From NCBI RefSeq assembly GCF_002571385.2, contig NW_019218219.1:1-64000 (forward strand): a stretch of DNA of 64,000 bases, written 5' to 3'. The notes under the pieces were generated by a model that saw nothing but the letters and a program-made list of their open reading frames with translations, made no database searches and had not been told where the DNA came from. Below, piece after piece: positions 47,095-60,500 of this stretch. How positions within the stretch are numbered: position 1 is the stretch's first letter; every line of letters begins with the position of its first letter. The position numbers and the translations under genes are program-made. The stretch is from Stylophora pistillata (Eukaryota).

Positions 47095-50000
47095 TTGTGG
47101 GTGAAAAACGTGCCACGATCCAACTTCAGCTCGTGTTAATTTGTGGTGAGAAGGAAATGTACCTCTTTGAACTCGTTTAACAAGTAGCTGCCAAGTGGAT
47201 TTGAACGCCACACTCTCTGCAGTCTAAAAACTTTCCTCATCCATGAAAACTAGTGACACACTTTCCGCCGTTTGCCTGAGGGATGTAATGCGCTCCGTAA
47301 TGACCAAAGAAAACGGGGCTTTATATGTGATTCACTCGAAACCAAATTGTTGGTCACAAAAGCTGCGGAAGTCAAAACACTGTGAGACGTACACCGAAAT
47401 TCATTTCCATTAAGATAATTAAACTAACTCCGCCAGTTCCACTTCTTTATCTTTCAAATTCCTCTGCCTTTTGTCGTAGCTTTGGTGTGCGACCTCAGTA
47501 TTATAATGTGGGTAATTCAATCCACAGTCTATTATGCAGGTCAACTCATGCAAATCCCACTGTGTTAGAATTTCTTCGAGTCTTCACACGACACACTTTT
47601 TCACCACTGCTACGGTAGAGTCTTTGGGGTCCTTCGACCACGAAACTTGACGAGATGACCGGCTACCTTCAGTAGAGAAGGATACTGTGTGACGCTTCAC
47701 GTAGCATGTTCATGATGTACAAAACTACTTCATAAACGATACGTGGCGGCATGCAGACTAATAACGTGATTACTCTTTTGTGGTCGCGACCTCTTGGCCT
47801 TTAAAAATAGGCCTTCAGTGCTTGAGCTGGAAAGTATCCTGTTATCTGACAAGCTAAGCGCGGTAATGCTAAAGTACTCCTCGATGCACAATGCTGTACC
47901 TCACTGTCGAATCGGTTTAATTTAGTCCTGACCAGTGTACTTTCGTTGGCAACTCAGATTATTATCACAAGATTCTTTTGAATGAAAACCACTGTGAGAT
48001 ATTCCGGCTGGGTTTCGCCCCTCTCGTTATTTAAGTCTCTCAAATTTTGGCATGAAATGCCGCTTTTTGCCTCTTCCCAGAGAATCGAACCACTCGTCGT
48101 CAAGGTGTGAAAAAAGATAAATTCAATATCTGAGCTACTCGAGCACCGTTTGTTTGTCAGCAGTTGTTTGAACGAGTTGCCGTGAGAAACAAGGTTGTAT
48201 AAAGTGTTTTGTTGACCTCGAGGTGACGAAAGGTGGATTTTGGTAAACAGAGTACGGAAAACATTTATGGTTTTTTTTCAAAAACCTCCCAGATTCCAAA
48301 ATATTGACAGTCAAAACATTTTAAAATTGTACCGGCGGTACTGATTGCCTTTCTCTAAAAAAAAAAATAGCGTGTAATTACTTGGAGCAGTTGTTCTAAA
48401 CCAAAAGCCCCAATTGTTTTTAATCGTTTTGGGTTTGCAGAATAAAACAAAAAATGCACTCTATTTCAATATCATCCTTTAGGTCAATTTTATGCTAGTT
48501 GCTTGAATGGCTTTTTGTACTGCCAGCGATTACGTCAAAGGGGGTATACTGACTAAAGAATATCTTATTTATTCTACGATTAAAATCTTTTCAAAGTTCG
48601 AACACTGCATTCAAAAATGACGGCACATGAGTGATGAATGGATCAAAATTTAATCAAAGCTTCAACTGGTGGCATTATGTAAACAGTACCGTTGCTAATC
48701 ACCCACGCTACGTTTTTAATTTCGCTCACGTTTATGAGGTCGATTAGCTCCCTAATTACAAGTGAAAAACGTCACTCTACGTCGTAGGTGCAAGCTGTGG
48801 ATAGGTTTCAATTAACACCAATCAACTGATGTTTAATGTAGTTTTCGATGTACTACATGCAATAAATACTCGGCCTCTACGAGAAACATGACAACTAAAC
48901 AACCGGCATCTGTCGAAAGCAGTGTCCTCAGCGCACAATTCCTTTGTCGATGGAATCCACAATTGACAAGTTCGTGACAGTCGTTAAAAGTCGTGTTCAT
49001 GGGATCATTAAAGGATTATTTTGAACCATTAACCCTTTAACACCCAGAAGTTATCCATTATTAATTAAATGGTGAACAGGACGCCATTACGATTATTTCT
49101 AAATTCCGCTTAATCAGAGTTCGGTCAAGTTCTCCTCTCCTTACTCAGCGGGCTTAAAACACAGTACCTACCCAATATTTGAACAGGTCAAAATAAATTG
49201 ATTACACAATGATACTGCGCGTAAAGTTAATCGAATGATTGACTACCTAATTATCAAATTCATCAGTCCTTTTAAGCCTTTTCTTGTCTTTGATGCCGGC
49301 GCTAGGCAGATCGCTGACCGTGAGTTTGTTTGCCAATTTATAAGGTTGGACATAAAAGAGTACCTTCAATAGTTTTACAGTTTTATGTCTTTTAATATGT
49401 CCAACTAAAAATGTTGAAAGTTTTCAAGTTTCCCTTCATCACAAAAAAGTCTCAGGTATAAAATCTCAGAAGGGCTCATCTGCGTGTCTGCACCTGTGTG
49501 TCTGCACCCACTTACGGGATAAGAAAATCGGCACCAATTGAAGGCACCTACTCAGAATAGGGCCCTCAGTCATGGAAATCTCACCTAGTAGATTTGGTTA
49601 AAAAAAAAAAAAAAATTCCCGTGCTCATATCAGAAGTAGAGGTACTTTAAGAACAGTAATTCGGCTATTTGTGTTTGCCTTACCTAATCTGTCCTAGCCG
49701 GACCAATACTCTGTGCAGTGCGCATGCGTCTGACTCGTGGTGATGAGGGATTTAAGAAGAGCCTGCAATATCCACGTGGATGGAAAGGAGGTGAAATAGA
49801 ACGTGAGCCCTGAGCACGAGTGGAGGACACGTAAACATGCAGTGTGACCACTCCGGGATTTAAGCGTAGACTTTGGAAGCTGATTAGGAACACAGTCCTC
49901 GCGGGAGCCTCCGGTTCATTCAACTAAGCTCAACTAGAAATGCTTTCTTCTCTGATCGTAAATTACTGGTCTCTTTTTAAAAAGCTTGCGCCGCTTAACC

Positions 50001-51030
50001 TGGACACCAGGCCTACGATATCTCTAAGGGATCAAACACATCGTGTCAAGTCTATTAAGTTAAGCAATGAGATGTTGTGTCATTGGTACTTTTTCACGAA
50101 TGCTTGCTCGAATTTGTGTCATTTGCGCTGAAGACAAAGTTTATTTTTCCCCTCAAGTTCTAAAAGTAAGAGAGGGGGAGGGGGAGGGGAAATGGTGTCT
50201 AAGAAACCTCTCTGCAAGATAATGGTCTACTTTGTTTCTGTTTTCTTCATGTAAGAAAACATGACCTGATGCTTCTCTCTGTTGGTAACCTGTGTCCCGG
50301 TTTAAAATGTTTTTCTTTTTTTTTTAATTCTGTCAAGAGTGACAACAGAGCTGTGGATTGGTTTCGTGCTGTTTATCACAGCAACAGATTTTACTGCGCG
50401 AAGAAAGAGAAGCATGAGATAAAAATAAGGTTCAGGAAGAACATCCGGGACTTGCTCTTAGTTCTCACACTAACACACATACTGAGACAATTTTTCACTG
50501 CAACAGGTTTTAATTAACAAATTTAAGTAGAACAAGAATTACACTGGACAAATATTTAAAAAAGGGCATCCTGAATAGGGAAAATACTATTTCCTTGTTG
50601 CTAGTAAAGTCAGTAACATGTCTCTTCCCCCCCCCAAAAAAAAACAAACAAACAAACAAAAAAAACAAAAGCTATTTGAATTGTTACGATGAAACTAATT
50701 TCTTGTCCCGCAATACTTCTATTATGATTATTGAAAACAAATCAGTTGATTAACGTTTGTGCTACTAATGAAACATGAACCTTGGACGAAATAAGGGAGA
50801 TTTCTACTAAACGCACTGTATCCATAAATCACGATTTTAATATCGTACAAGTTTTCCTTCTCATGAGGACGGACGGTTTTCATATCAAATATAGTTTATC
50901 CCAGAAACTGAACCACTCAAAAAGCAAACAAGAAACAATTAAACAAAATAAATACGAAAAAAGCGTAAGGAGAAAGGAAACTTTTGCCCTTTTCCTAAAT
51001 TCTTTTCTCGTCCATTGCAATCCAGGAACA

Positions 51031-51215
51031 ATTGACCACTTTCATAAATGGCTGCCAGATTAATATTCTTTTGTTTAAATTTAAATTAGCCTTTCTGGCC
51101 TCGTTTTCCAGTACAAAATTCAAAAGAATACATCATCTCAAGCGAGGCCAGAAAGGCTAATTTAAATTCAAACAAAAGAATATTAATCCGGCAGCCATTT
51201 TTTGAAAGTGGTCAA
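51031..51215. mobile_element. MITE, near-perfect fold-back
   Basis: attgaccactttca...aattagcctttctggcctcg mirrored by cgaggccagaaaggctaatt...tgaaagtggtcaat. Confidence 0.85.
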
Positions 51216-51733
51216 TACCGCATCGCATCTGTCCAATTCCTACGTGTAACAGCAGTGACGCATTTTGGAGCTAATTTGTCTTTTTCTTATCACTGTTCCT
51301 TACCATTTCTCGTTTCCATCCCATTCAAATCTTACTCAATTTTATGGAGCTTAACCCTTAAAACTCCCACAAGTATACAAATAACTTCTTAAAAATGTCA
51401 ACTCATAATCACCAATAAAAGTTACTAAGAACAGACGGATTTAGGATATAATTCTCTGAACTAATTTACATAAAATTTAAAACAGATAGACGGGAGAATT
51501 TCAAAACCGACCTTAGGAGTTGAAAAGTTAATGACTATACAATTAATAACTGTTTTTCCTCGAATAAACGCTTGTTTGTCCCACTTACAAAATTACATCT
51601 GCACCACTTATTGCTATAAGTGGCCCAGTGTGGGAGCATTAAGTTTGTGAAGTCTTCTTTGTAACCTCTGTGAATTTCGAGGTTTTCATCCGATCTCCTT
51701 AAGGATAAGGGTATAATTGTACCCTTCAAGGTG

Positions 51734-51970
51734 TTAAAGGTCTTCTTTCCTTTTTCTTGTTCTGTTAGGTATATATTGGCCATTCTTTCTATCGTTCTCG
51801 ATTCCACATACAATTTTAGCCTTCGAACCATACACTGTATGCAGTGTATGTAGGCTATCTTGTAAACGTGACTTTGTTCTCCTAAGCTTCATTAATCTGC
51901 TCCGAGTCCTATAGAGAAAAACGAAGCAACAAAACACCAAAACACCCAACAGTCCCACAGCTAACTCCAT
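51734..51970 (-). CDS. Possible small single-pass membrane protein (78 aa) or fragment
   Basis: MELAVGLLGVLVFCCFVFLY followed by a basic stretch; no recognised homology. Confidence 0.2.
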   Translation of the reverse strand: MELAVGLLGVLVFCCFVFLYRTRSRLMKLRRTKSRLQDSLHTLHTVYGSKAKIVCGIENDRKNGQYIPNRTRKRKEDL

Positions 51971-52249
51971 TCGCTCTCGCTCTCTCTCTCTCTCCTTTTC
52001 TCATGCACAACCAAGCAAACACTACGTCAGCACGGTCCTCTTTGTGACAAAGAAGGATCGATTAAGTGAAAGAACAGAATAAGATGGTAAAAGTAGTAAA
52101 ATTAGCGGGTTAATAGAACAGTATATAAACAGACGTCTGCGACGATGACAGTGAAAAATGAGTAACCTTTGAAATGGGTAAGACGCCAAATGAGATGAAC
52201 TAGCATGATATCCTTTGTAAAACTTACAGTGACTGAAGAATGCACCAGC

Positions 52250-52440
52250 AGACTAGCTGACTGACTCATTGACTGCATGACTGACTGATCCGCTGACTAA
52301 TCTCACTATGTGACTAAGTCGGTGACTGACTAATCATCTTACTATCCGTCTCTCCGACTTACTGCCTAACTGCATGGCTAGCTGACAAATGACTAGGAAG
52401 CTGGCTGACGAGTGACTGACTAAATGGCAGACAGACCAAA
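52250..52440. repeat. Degenerate (TGAC)n low-complexity tract
   Basis: Repeated tgactgac units. Confidence 0.6.
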
Positions 52441-53232
52441 TAACCAACTATGATCACTATCCCTATCGTTGAAATACGAAACAAACACATACGACCAAAA
52501 GAAGAAACAAAACTGAAACATCTGGCCAAATATGAGAACAGAGTCACGACAGTCGAACTCACAACAAGTTTCTAACGAGTAGTCTGCACAACAAAGAGAG
52601 AAATAAAACATGTATGCATAGCAAAGAAAAAGACAAACGAATCAATACAAAAACGATCTGTTCCTGTTTCCTTTAATAAATTAAAAAACCAACTAAGAAA
52701 TACGGTAATTTGTCAAAAAGACAATTGACTCATTCGCTACTGAAGACAACTGCATCTGACTGAAATTATCATTCGCGGTAACTAGTTCAGTCTTTAATAA
52801 CACATGCCGATGTTCGAGCTTTGACGGACTGAAATCATATGCGACACCTGGTAATTATAGAAACCTAAATGCACATAGAAAAGTTGGAAAAAATACAAAA
52901 AATATATAATTTTCTACTATATAAATAGTGATTATCGTGAGTAACAACAAATCCTTTGCGTAAACTCAAATGATTCCTGTGGTTTTTCATTCTTATTCTG
53001 CTTGGAAGCGGAAAATTAATCATGTTTCAATCCACCTTACCTTTCTGCAGCTCACTGAAATCCAAATTTAACTAGACAGTAAAAATTGACTCCATTTACA
53101 GTTTCAACCCTGGTGGTGTCCGAAATGGAGCAGTACACCTTGTCACATTGACGAGATTTCAATTCAACCAAGTTTTAAACCACGATTTTTCGTTTTAAAA
53201 CGATCCCCTGTCGAAAAGTGCAACGTGATCAC

Positions 53233-54449
53233 TCATTTACCCAAAAGAGTGTTCAAAAACTCCTCAAGTTTGACACCGATTTCTCGGCTCTTCGCCAGAA
53301 TCTCTTGAACGGCGGATCCATCGCCACTTCGAGCAAGCTCAAACATCAAAAACTGTCAGAGTAAGAGAGAAAAATGAACCTTGAATTCAAACTCGGAGGA
53401 AACCAAAAAAAAAAAAAGATTAAAAATGAGCACAAAATCATCGAACAGCAAAAAGAGCGAACGACTTTAAGTTAACTTTACATCTTTCCAGATAGTTGCG
53501 GCAAATGGTAAAACTTCTGTGGCTTGATGGTACATCTTACGCGCCTATAAAACACAGATGACAATGGAAAACAATCTTTCACAAACAAAGACCAGGGGCC
53601 CGTTTCTCGAAAGTCCCAGTCCCGGTAACTTAACGGGCCCAAAGCCATCTTTTAAAATAAAAATTTAAGAGATGGGAAAGCAGGTTATGACATCCAAACC
53701 AGTCCTTTTTGTTTCTTTAGGTGATAGTTTTATTGTATCATTTTCAAAACTTTTGAAATTCCCATCTTGAATGAAAACAGAACAGCTTTAAGGGTCCGTT
53801 AAGTTGGCGGGACTTTCGAGAAACGGGTCCCTGAACAGAAAAAGATGCTTTTTCATCTTGTCACGAGCGTGGGACAACAACAAAATTCCGAGTTTCCAAG
53901 AGGAATCGAACCTTAGACCTTCGGATTCTGCGCTGTGATGCTCTACTACTGAGCCACAGAGTCTCTATGGTGAACGAGGCCGGCCATTACCAAGTTCATA
54001 TATGATATGCGCCCTGCATGATGTTAGGATCGCCAATGTCGATAGAGTCACGTTTGTAAATAGAATAAGAAAGATTGTGAGTTATCAGCTCGGACCTGAA
54101 TAGTCCACAGTAAGGAAAGTGTGAGTCATACAAAGCAATCACAGTTAAGTTTGCACTGGAGTGACTAGCCGGAGCTTATCTGAGTTTTTGTGGTCTTATG
54201 CAACTACATGCGGTGATATTGCTATTCTCCCTGGATGCGCACCAGTCCATCGAAGGTTAATCGTAGTCGCTACAGACTACGGCTAAGCTCCATGAAAATG
54301 GATCACTTGGCTCGAGCATAGACCACACCGAATCTTGGCTGCAAGGCGAGGTCACTAGATGTGGTAATGACCAAACACGGCGTCCAGTTACTAAAGAACG
54401 TGTACTCTAAACGAAAAGAAGATTGGCTGGAAAAGGGGGGGAAGAGAGA

Positions 54450-54519
<70 letters not shown>

Positions 54520-57500
54520 CAGCAATTACAATAAAACAAGGTTACTGGTTAAATACATGTACTCGACTAAATAAAACGACTCACCTCCTTCACACAATTC
54601 CTTTTTAGCTCAATAGAAATGGCACTGTAGCAAAAGAGAAAAAGAGAGAAGGGAAAAAACACAACGGGGGGAGGAGGAGACAGTCATTTAAATCTGCGTT
54701 AGTGTGATAAATTACCAAAAAAGAAAATAAGTGGCAAAAACTAACTGCCAAGCTCAAATATTGTCTCACGTTTGACAGAGAATACCAAATACTTAATTCC
54801 ACTGCGGTTCCAAATAATAAGCCCTAAAAAACTCTCAGTTATAAAGAAGATTAAACAGACGTGAATGGTACACTTTCCACATGCTTATACTGTAAGGGTT
54901 GCTTAAGAGGGAGGATGTAACGATCCTTTTGGCTTGGTCGTAATTTTTACCCTCTACCTCATGTTGACAGGCCCTGAAAAAAATCAAACAAACAAAAAAA
55001 TCAAATAATCGAAAAATCAGGCGAGTAATTCGCCTTTCCTACTGTTACACATTAAATTTTAAACTGCACAAAGTTTACAACCGGTTGGTCTGTTCTTTGC
55101 ATCTGCACATTTTCTGAATTATAAATCAAAACCGCGAGGAAATGCGGCGTGTTTACTATGCATTCCGACATAAACAACTAGTATAGTTCCTGGTTTAAAC
55201 TTTAGGGGTGCACCCAAGAAACACTTGGTTCATAAATCGCAAGTTTTTATTTGTACTCTACATAACTATACGTACCGTATTGCTAATATAACATTCCCAG
55301 GAAAAATCGTCAAGTACTTTTGAAATACAGATGACCAGGATGACTGAGGATGACAGCTCAAAGACAAACTGATAATCTACAAAATAAATAGCATCATTAA
55401 CACCTGCCCTTCTTACAGCGCGTTGCGAGAAATAGTTTCAAGTTTTCGTTATCAAGTTTTATCCCCTACAATTGACTCGACTGCTCAAGTGTTATGAACA
55501 CATTGTTTGATGTACCAAGAAATTAAGGAGAACCTCTGCTTACTCCATTGTTAACATTCCCACTATCACAAGTAGGGTAGAGCTTGTACCCTAGGGTTCC
55601 CTAAAATATGGAATTCCTCAGGAAGACTAGCGGTTATGTTGTCACAATGTTGCGGTCTGCGATTAATAGTGACCCCATAGTCGTGAAACAAACTGCTCAA
55701 CATTCGTTTATTTATATAACCCCGAACATACTTATCAAAGTATTAACTCACTTGATTGTGAAATCTGTAATCCCGCCAGAAAACGCTTGAAGAGTGAGGC
55801 AGAGCGTTGCTAGTACTCACAGACATTAAACACCTATCAACCAACTCGTCCGTGGAGTGTCTTTCTTGTAACGCTTTGGATCTCTGGTAGAACAGGTATT
55901 CAGTCCACAGTACCTGCACGTCATGTCTTGGTAGAGGGCTATGCACAGCAGTTTCAAATGCTGACTCAGGAGTTAAGTCATCCCATGAAGTATTTGTTGG
56001 AGGAGCAATCTCTAGTAACAAGCTGGCAGTTTAAAACAGTTAAAAAGGGGAACATTAGCAGGTAGGCCTTAAGGAGCCAATTGGGACTACAGAGGATAAA
56101 TCTATTGGATGGACTTTACTTGGGGGAAAACACGAGTAAAAACAATCACGATTACTTTCAGTTTTGCATGAGAGTTTCCTATAGTAGTCACAGAGCAGTA
56201 GGCAAAGCGACACTTATGCGATCCCAGATGACATTTGATACTAAACTAAAAACTGTGCTACGCTCAGAGAGCAGTTCTCAATTTACAAGCATTTCATTAA
56301 CTTACCAATAAGATAACCAGAGAAACACCTTTTCTTTGCCTAGACTTTGGGGTTCAACATTTGGTAACAGAGGTGGACACTTGTAGTCATAGGGAAGGGG
56401 GAGGGATAAAAGTCGACGATATAAGGCCACAGGATCACCAGTCTGGTCCTCTGAAGAAACAGCAGCCAGACTTTGTACCTCACATCCCTGCGAGTCAATC
56501 TTTGCCGCAAACTTGTTAAGAACACTCTTGATAAGAACTGATATGGCCTTCTGGACTTCATTCTGTTGATTTTTGTTTTTCAAAAGAAGGTTAGAGCTAG
56601 TATGGAAAAAAAAAAGAACAACAACATCTACTGGACTTCAACGCGCAGGCAAAATACCTAAAAAGTGTTCAGAGAGCACTACAAAAGCTTTTAAATCACT
56701 TCGGTTTGGCTCATACTCTCCCAAGGTAACGAGACTAAGACCTTCGTTGAAAAGAAAACAATTACACCTAGCGAAGTATGTGCTTTGACTTACAACTGAC
56801 AGGTTGATGGCGAACTCCTTAATCTTAGCCTTAGCAATAATTAGTAAGATCCTAGGAAGTGAATGAATTAAATCTGTTGTTGACTGTTAAAGATGATGTT
56901 GTATTCAGAGAAGGATCTGTGGAGGACAACTCAGTAATGAGTCGTTCATAGAGAGTGCTTCTCGTTCACCAACTGTTTAGTATAATATTTGATTCAGGTT
57001 AAGTGAACATCAAAAGGTTACAACACTGAACAGTTGACTGACCTGCTGAAGGTAAAAGCGTGCTGCACTGTACGACAACTCAGTACTGGCTTTACACTTG
57101 TCTAGCGCCTCCATGTACACCTGTTCTACCTTTCCACCCTTCTCTGGCGAGTCTTCAAGTGCTGCAAGACACTGCCATAGCACTACTGTAGATGGATGGT
57201 CCTTTAGCAGATGGCGACAGATTCCTCTAGCAGAGTCAACTCTTCCATATGCTCTCTCCAAAGCCAAGAGGTTCTTGTACAGTGGAAGGCAGATGGTAAA
57301 TTTGTCAAAGGGGGGTTTTGTTACTTCACCACAAGCTTTCAATGCATCTGATAAAGGAAGAGAGGTGAAATTAGCCAGCAGTGCTACTCAGAATTTAACT
57401 CCTAGATCAAAACACCTTTACAAATATTAAAACTAAAGAAAATAATTTCATTAGACATGTTATTTCTCCCACATGGGTAACACATAAACTATCAGCAGGT

Positions 57501-60500
57501 TCCGCTACAGGAATTATTTCACCGTACAGGTGAAAATGAATGGCTACCTGATCTGTCTTCTTCCCTACATTGTAATGACAAATTGGGTTCATTAAAATAC
57601 AACTGTAAGTACAGGATAAGTGTGTGGGAAGGTGGGGTAATCCTCTCACTCCAAAGATCTGGCTACACTGGATCATTTGACATTCTCGTCTCTCTTGGAA
57701 ATCATACAGTTTTAAAGTTAAGTCGGACAACCACTTAAGCGTTGGGAAACTGTTACATGATACAGACACTTTTCTACCTTGAAACAACACCAGCAACTTC
57801 TTTCCGGGGACTCTTGATTGCTGCGATAGTTTCCACGGGAAAACAAAGTCTTCCTTTGTCACCATCTTGGAAGGTTCACCATGACTAGGATCAAACCATG
57901 GGGAAGGAAGACGGTGGAATTCAACCACATGAATGTACGCTAACCAAGCACAACAATAGTCTGAGGCCAATAGAAAGCTGGACAATTCTGGAACATCGCT
58001 ACATCCGTGCGTTCTCTTGGTTAATGCCGATTTAAAGACAAGCACTGCAGAGGCATAATGTCCAGAATACAGTTCTAGTTGAATGAGGTAAAGCAATGTT
58101 TCTAGGACAAAGTGAGAATGAAGCTCCACTGGTTCAATAGGATTCATTGTCAGAAAGGCGATAAGACGTAAACAAACATTCCGCTTGTCAGTGTACGTTC
58201 GCGAATACTCCAAATATTTCCACCAAACATTATAGGTTGGTGAAAACTCCACAGCTTGGTCACAGATCTCGTTAAGCTCCTCTCTGCTGCTCTGTGATGA
58301 ATATAACTCCAAGTACTCTAGCCATAACTCCTGCAGGAAAAACAAAAACATATGCAGCAAAGTTTTCACTGTTGCTTTCCATGAAACAGGAGACAGTCCA
58401 GTCCCAATTAAAGAGTCGGGAAAAACAACTGAAAGCAGTCCTTTCCAATTTGAATGTTGTTTACATTTAGGTGAAACTTTGCCTCAAAGGGTGAGCAATG
58501 GAGAAAAGTTGTATGGAAATCTACTCGCTACTGACAGACACTTGTAGATGAGCATTTTCTGCACACATGTGTATTCATGAAAACCTAGTGTGAAGTATGT
58601 AACTAAGGAAGGAGGATTTCTTTCTCTGCACAGTAGTCTAACACTCCACAATTGAAAAAACTTCAAGGCCAAAGCTGTACATTACATGCTATCACCAGAC
58701 ATATGCACGTACAACTGTAATCACAGAAATCATAAAATCTATAATGCATGAGCTCTTCATGTTCACCCATATGCACCCATCAGTTCATAGGTCACATCTG
58801 TTACATATAACTACCTTAAGTTCAATTTTTGAACAACAACAATAAATACCTCTTCTAAGGTAACCTCAGATTGAGGACAGAATTCACACTAGCCATAAAA
58901 TATACAGGTTGCACCAACCCTTTACACCCTAACATCACTATGCACATTCTCCTCACTGCTCCCTTTACATTTCCTAAGATACTGACAAGGAGAATTTGTT
59001 TTACAATCAAGAGCTTCTTAAGTGAGTGATCATTTCCTGTAGTCTCGTGGCCTTCATGTGGGATTCAGGGGTGATATAGCAGGGAGAAATTAGACACCTA
59101 TCACACCTAGGGGTTAAAGAGTTAACAACATGTCTTTGATACATATAAATTTTCCTACAGTGTACAGTTTCTTGCCATACCTCTGACTGATTATTTTCCT
59201 CCAAGCCCCTGGAAAGTGTACTAAGTGCTTGCATGACATTATTGTTGTAAGCATCCTCCTTCTCCCCCTCAACCGTGCTGTTATTTTCATGAAGTTTCAA
59301 CCTTGCCAACTTGAGCCACAAAGCCACATCACCGGGAGAATTTTCTAATGATGCTTCAAGAGATTCAATGTTGTTGTACTCCTCCAAAAAGTAGCGTATT
59401 TCTTGACTACAAAAGGAAAGATGATGGAAAATACTATCAACCAGATTTTCCTGGACAGACCCACCAAGTTTAAGAATCCACAGACTTTGTTCTAAATGTG
59501 CTCACAGCTGCCATTATCCTAAAAGAGCTTAACACCTATTTCCAAACAAAGCCAGAAATGTTGCACAGCCTTTTTACATGAAATACATGGTGTAAAGCAT
59601 GTGCTTGACAAAAAAATTTGAGCATAGATGATTTCTCTGTTAAAGTACTAATAAAAACAGTTCAAACTCAAGAAGTTAGAGATGTTTTACCTGAATTCAT
59701 TTAACCTACAGCATGCCCATGCCCATAATGACTACACTGTACAATGTACATGTTTGTCCTTAAAAAAAAAAAAGAAAAAAAAAAAAAATCATCTTGTGCT
59801 CACCTTTCCTCACCAGACACCCTATGTTGATGTCCCACAGCAGACTTGCTATTCTTGGATGCTACACCATGAACTTTGTCTTTGCTAGAAAAAATTATTC
59901 CCTTGCCTTTATCGGCAATTTCTACATCGGTCTCATATTCAATCTTTTTCTTATCAGTTTTTTGAAGCTTCCAAGTGCGTGGTTGAAGGGAAATGTTAAA
60001 AGGTCCATTTTCTTTCCTGCACTTCCTCACATCATTCACTAATAAAATACAAAGTTCTTCCCAGGACATTTTGTCTTGATATTGTTTTGTGAAAGCTTTT
60101 GTAAAAGTTTCAACACTCTCTTGCATCTCCTCCACATCTTTAAAATCTACAGTGAGGTTTGGATTGTATGCTGCCAGATCATGAAGTATTTCTTCTTGTG
60201 ACAACTTGCATTTGACGAAGTGTTGGAATTTACAGTCCTCATCATTACATTTGCCTTGCAAGTCAAAGTTGCATAGAGGCCACGTAGGATCCACTTTGTT
60301 GGAAAATGTTAAAGAAGTAAGGGAAAATCCACCTTGGAGTCTGAAATATGGGCTTAACCTAAAAGAACAAAACCTTTGTTTTGACCACTAGTAGTTCATA
60401 TAACTTTGATGGCCCCTTTTTGAACCAACAAGCAAAAATTTCTAACCAAAAATTTAATGCCTGTAAAATTCTTTGAATGCCACTACAATTAACAGTATTC

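Noticed and set aside
47095-47211. N-terminal extension of the GPCR in the ORF track
   Set aside because: It begins at GTG. The first ATG at 47094 gives a normal glycosylated N-terminus.
54423-54608. ER-repeat protein ORF
   Set aside because: Translation of an intronic (GA)n microsatellite.
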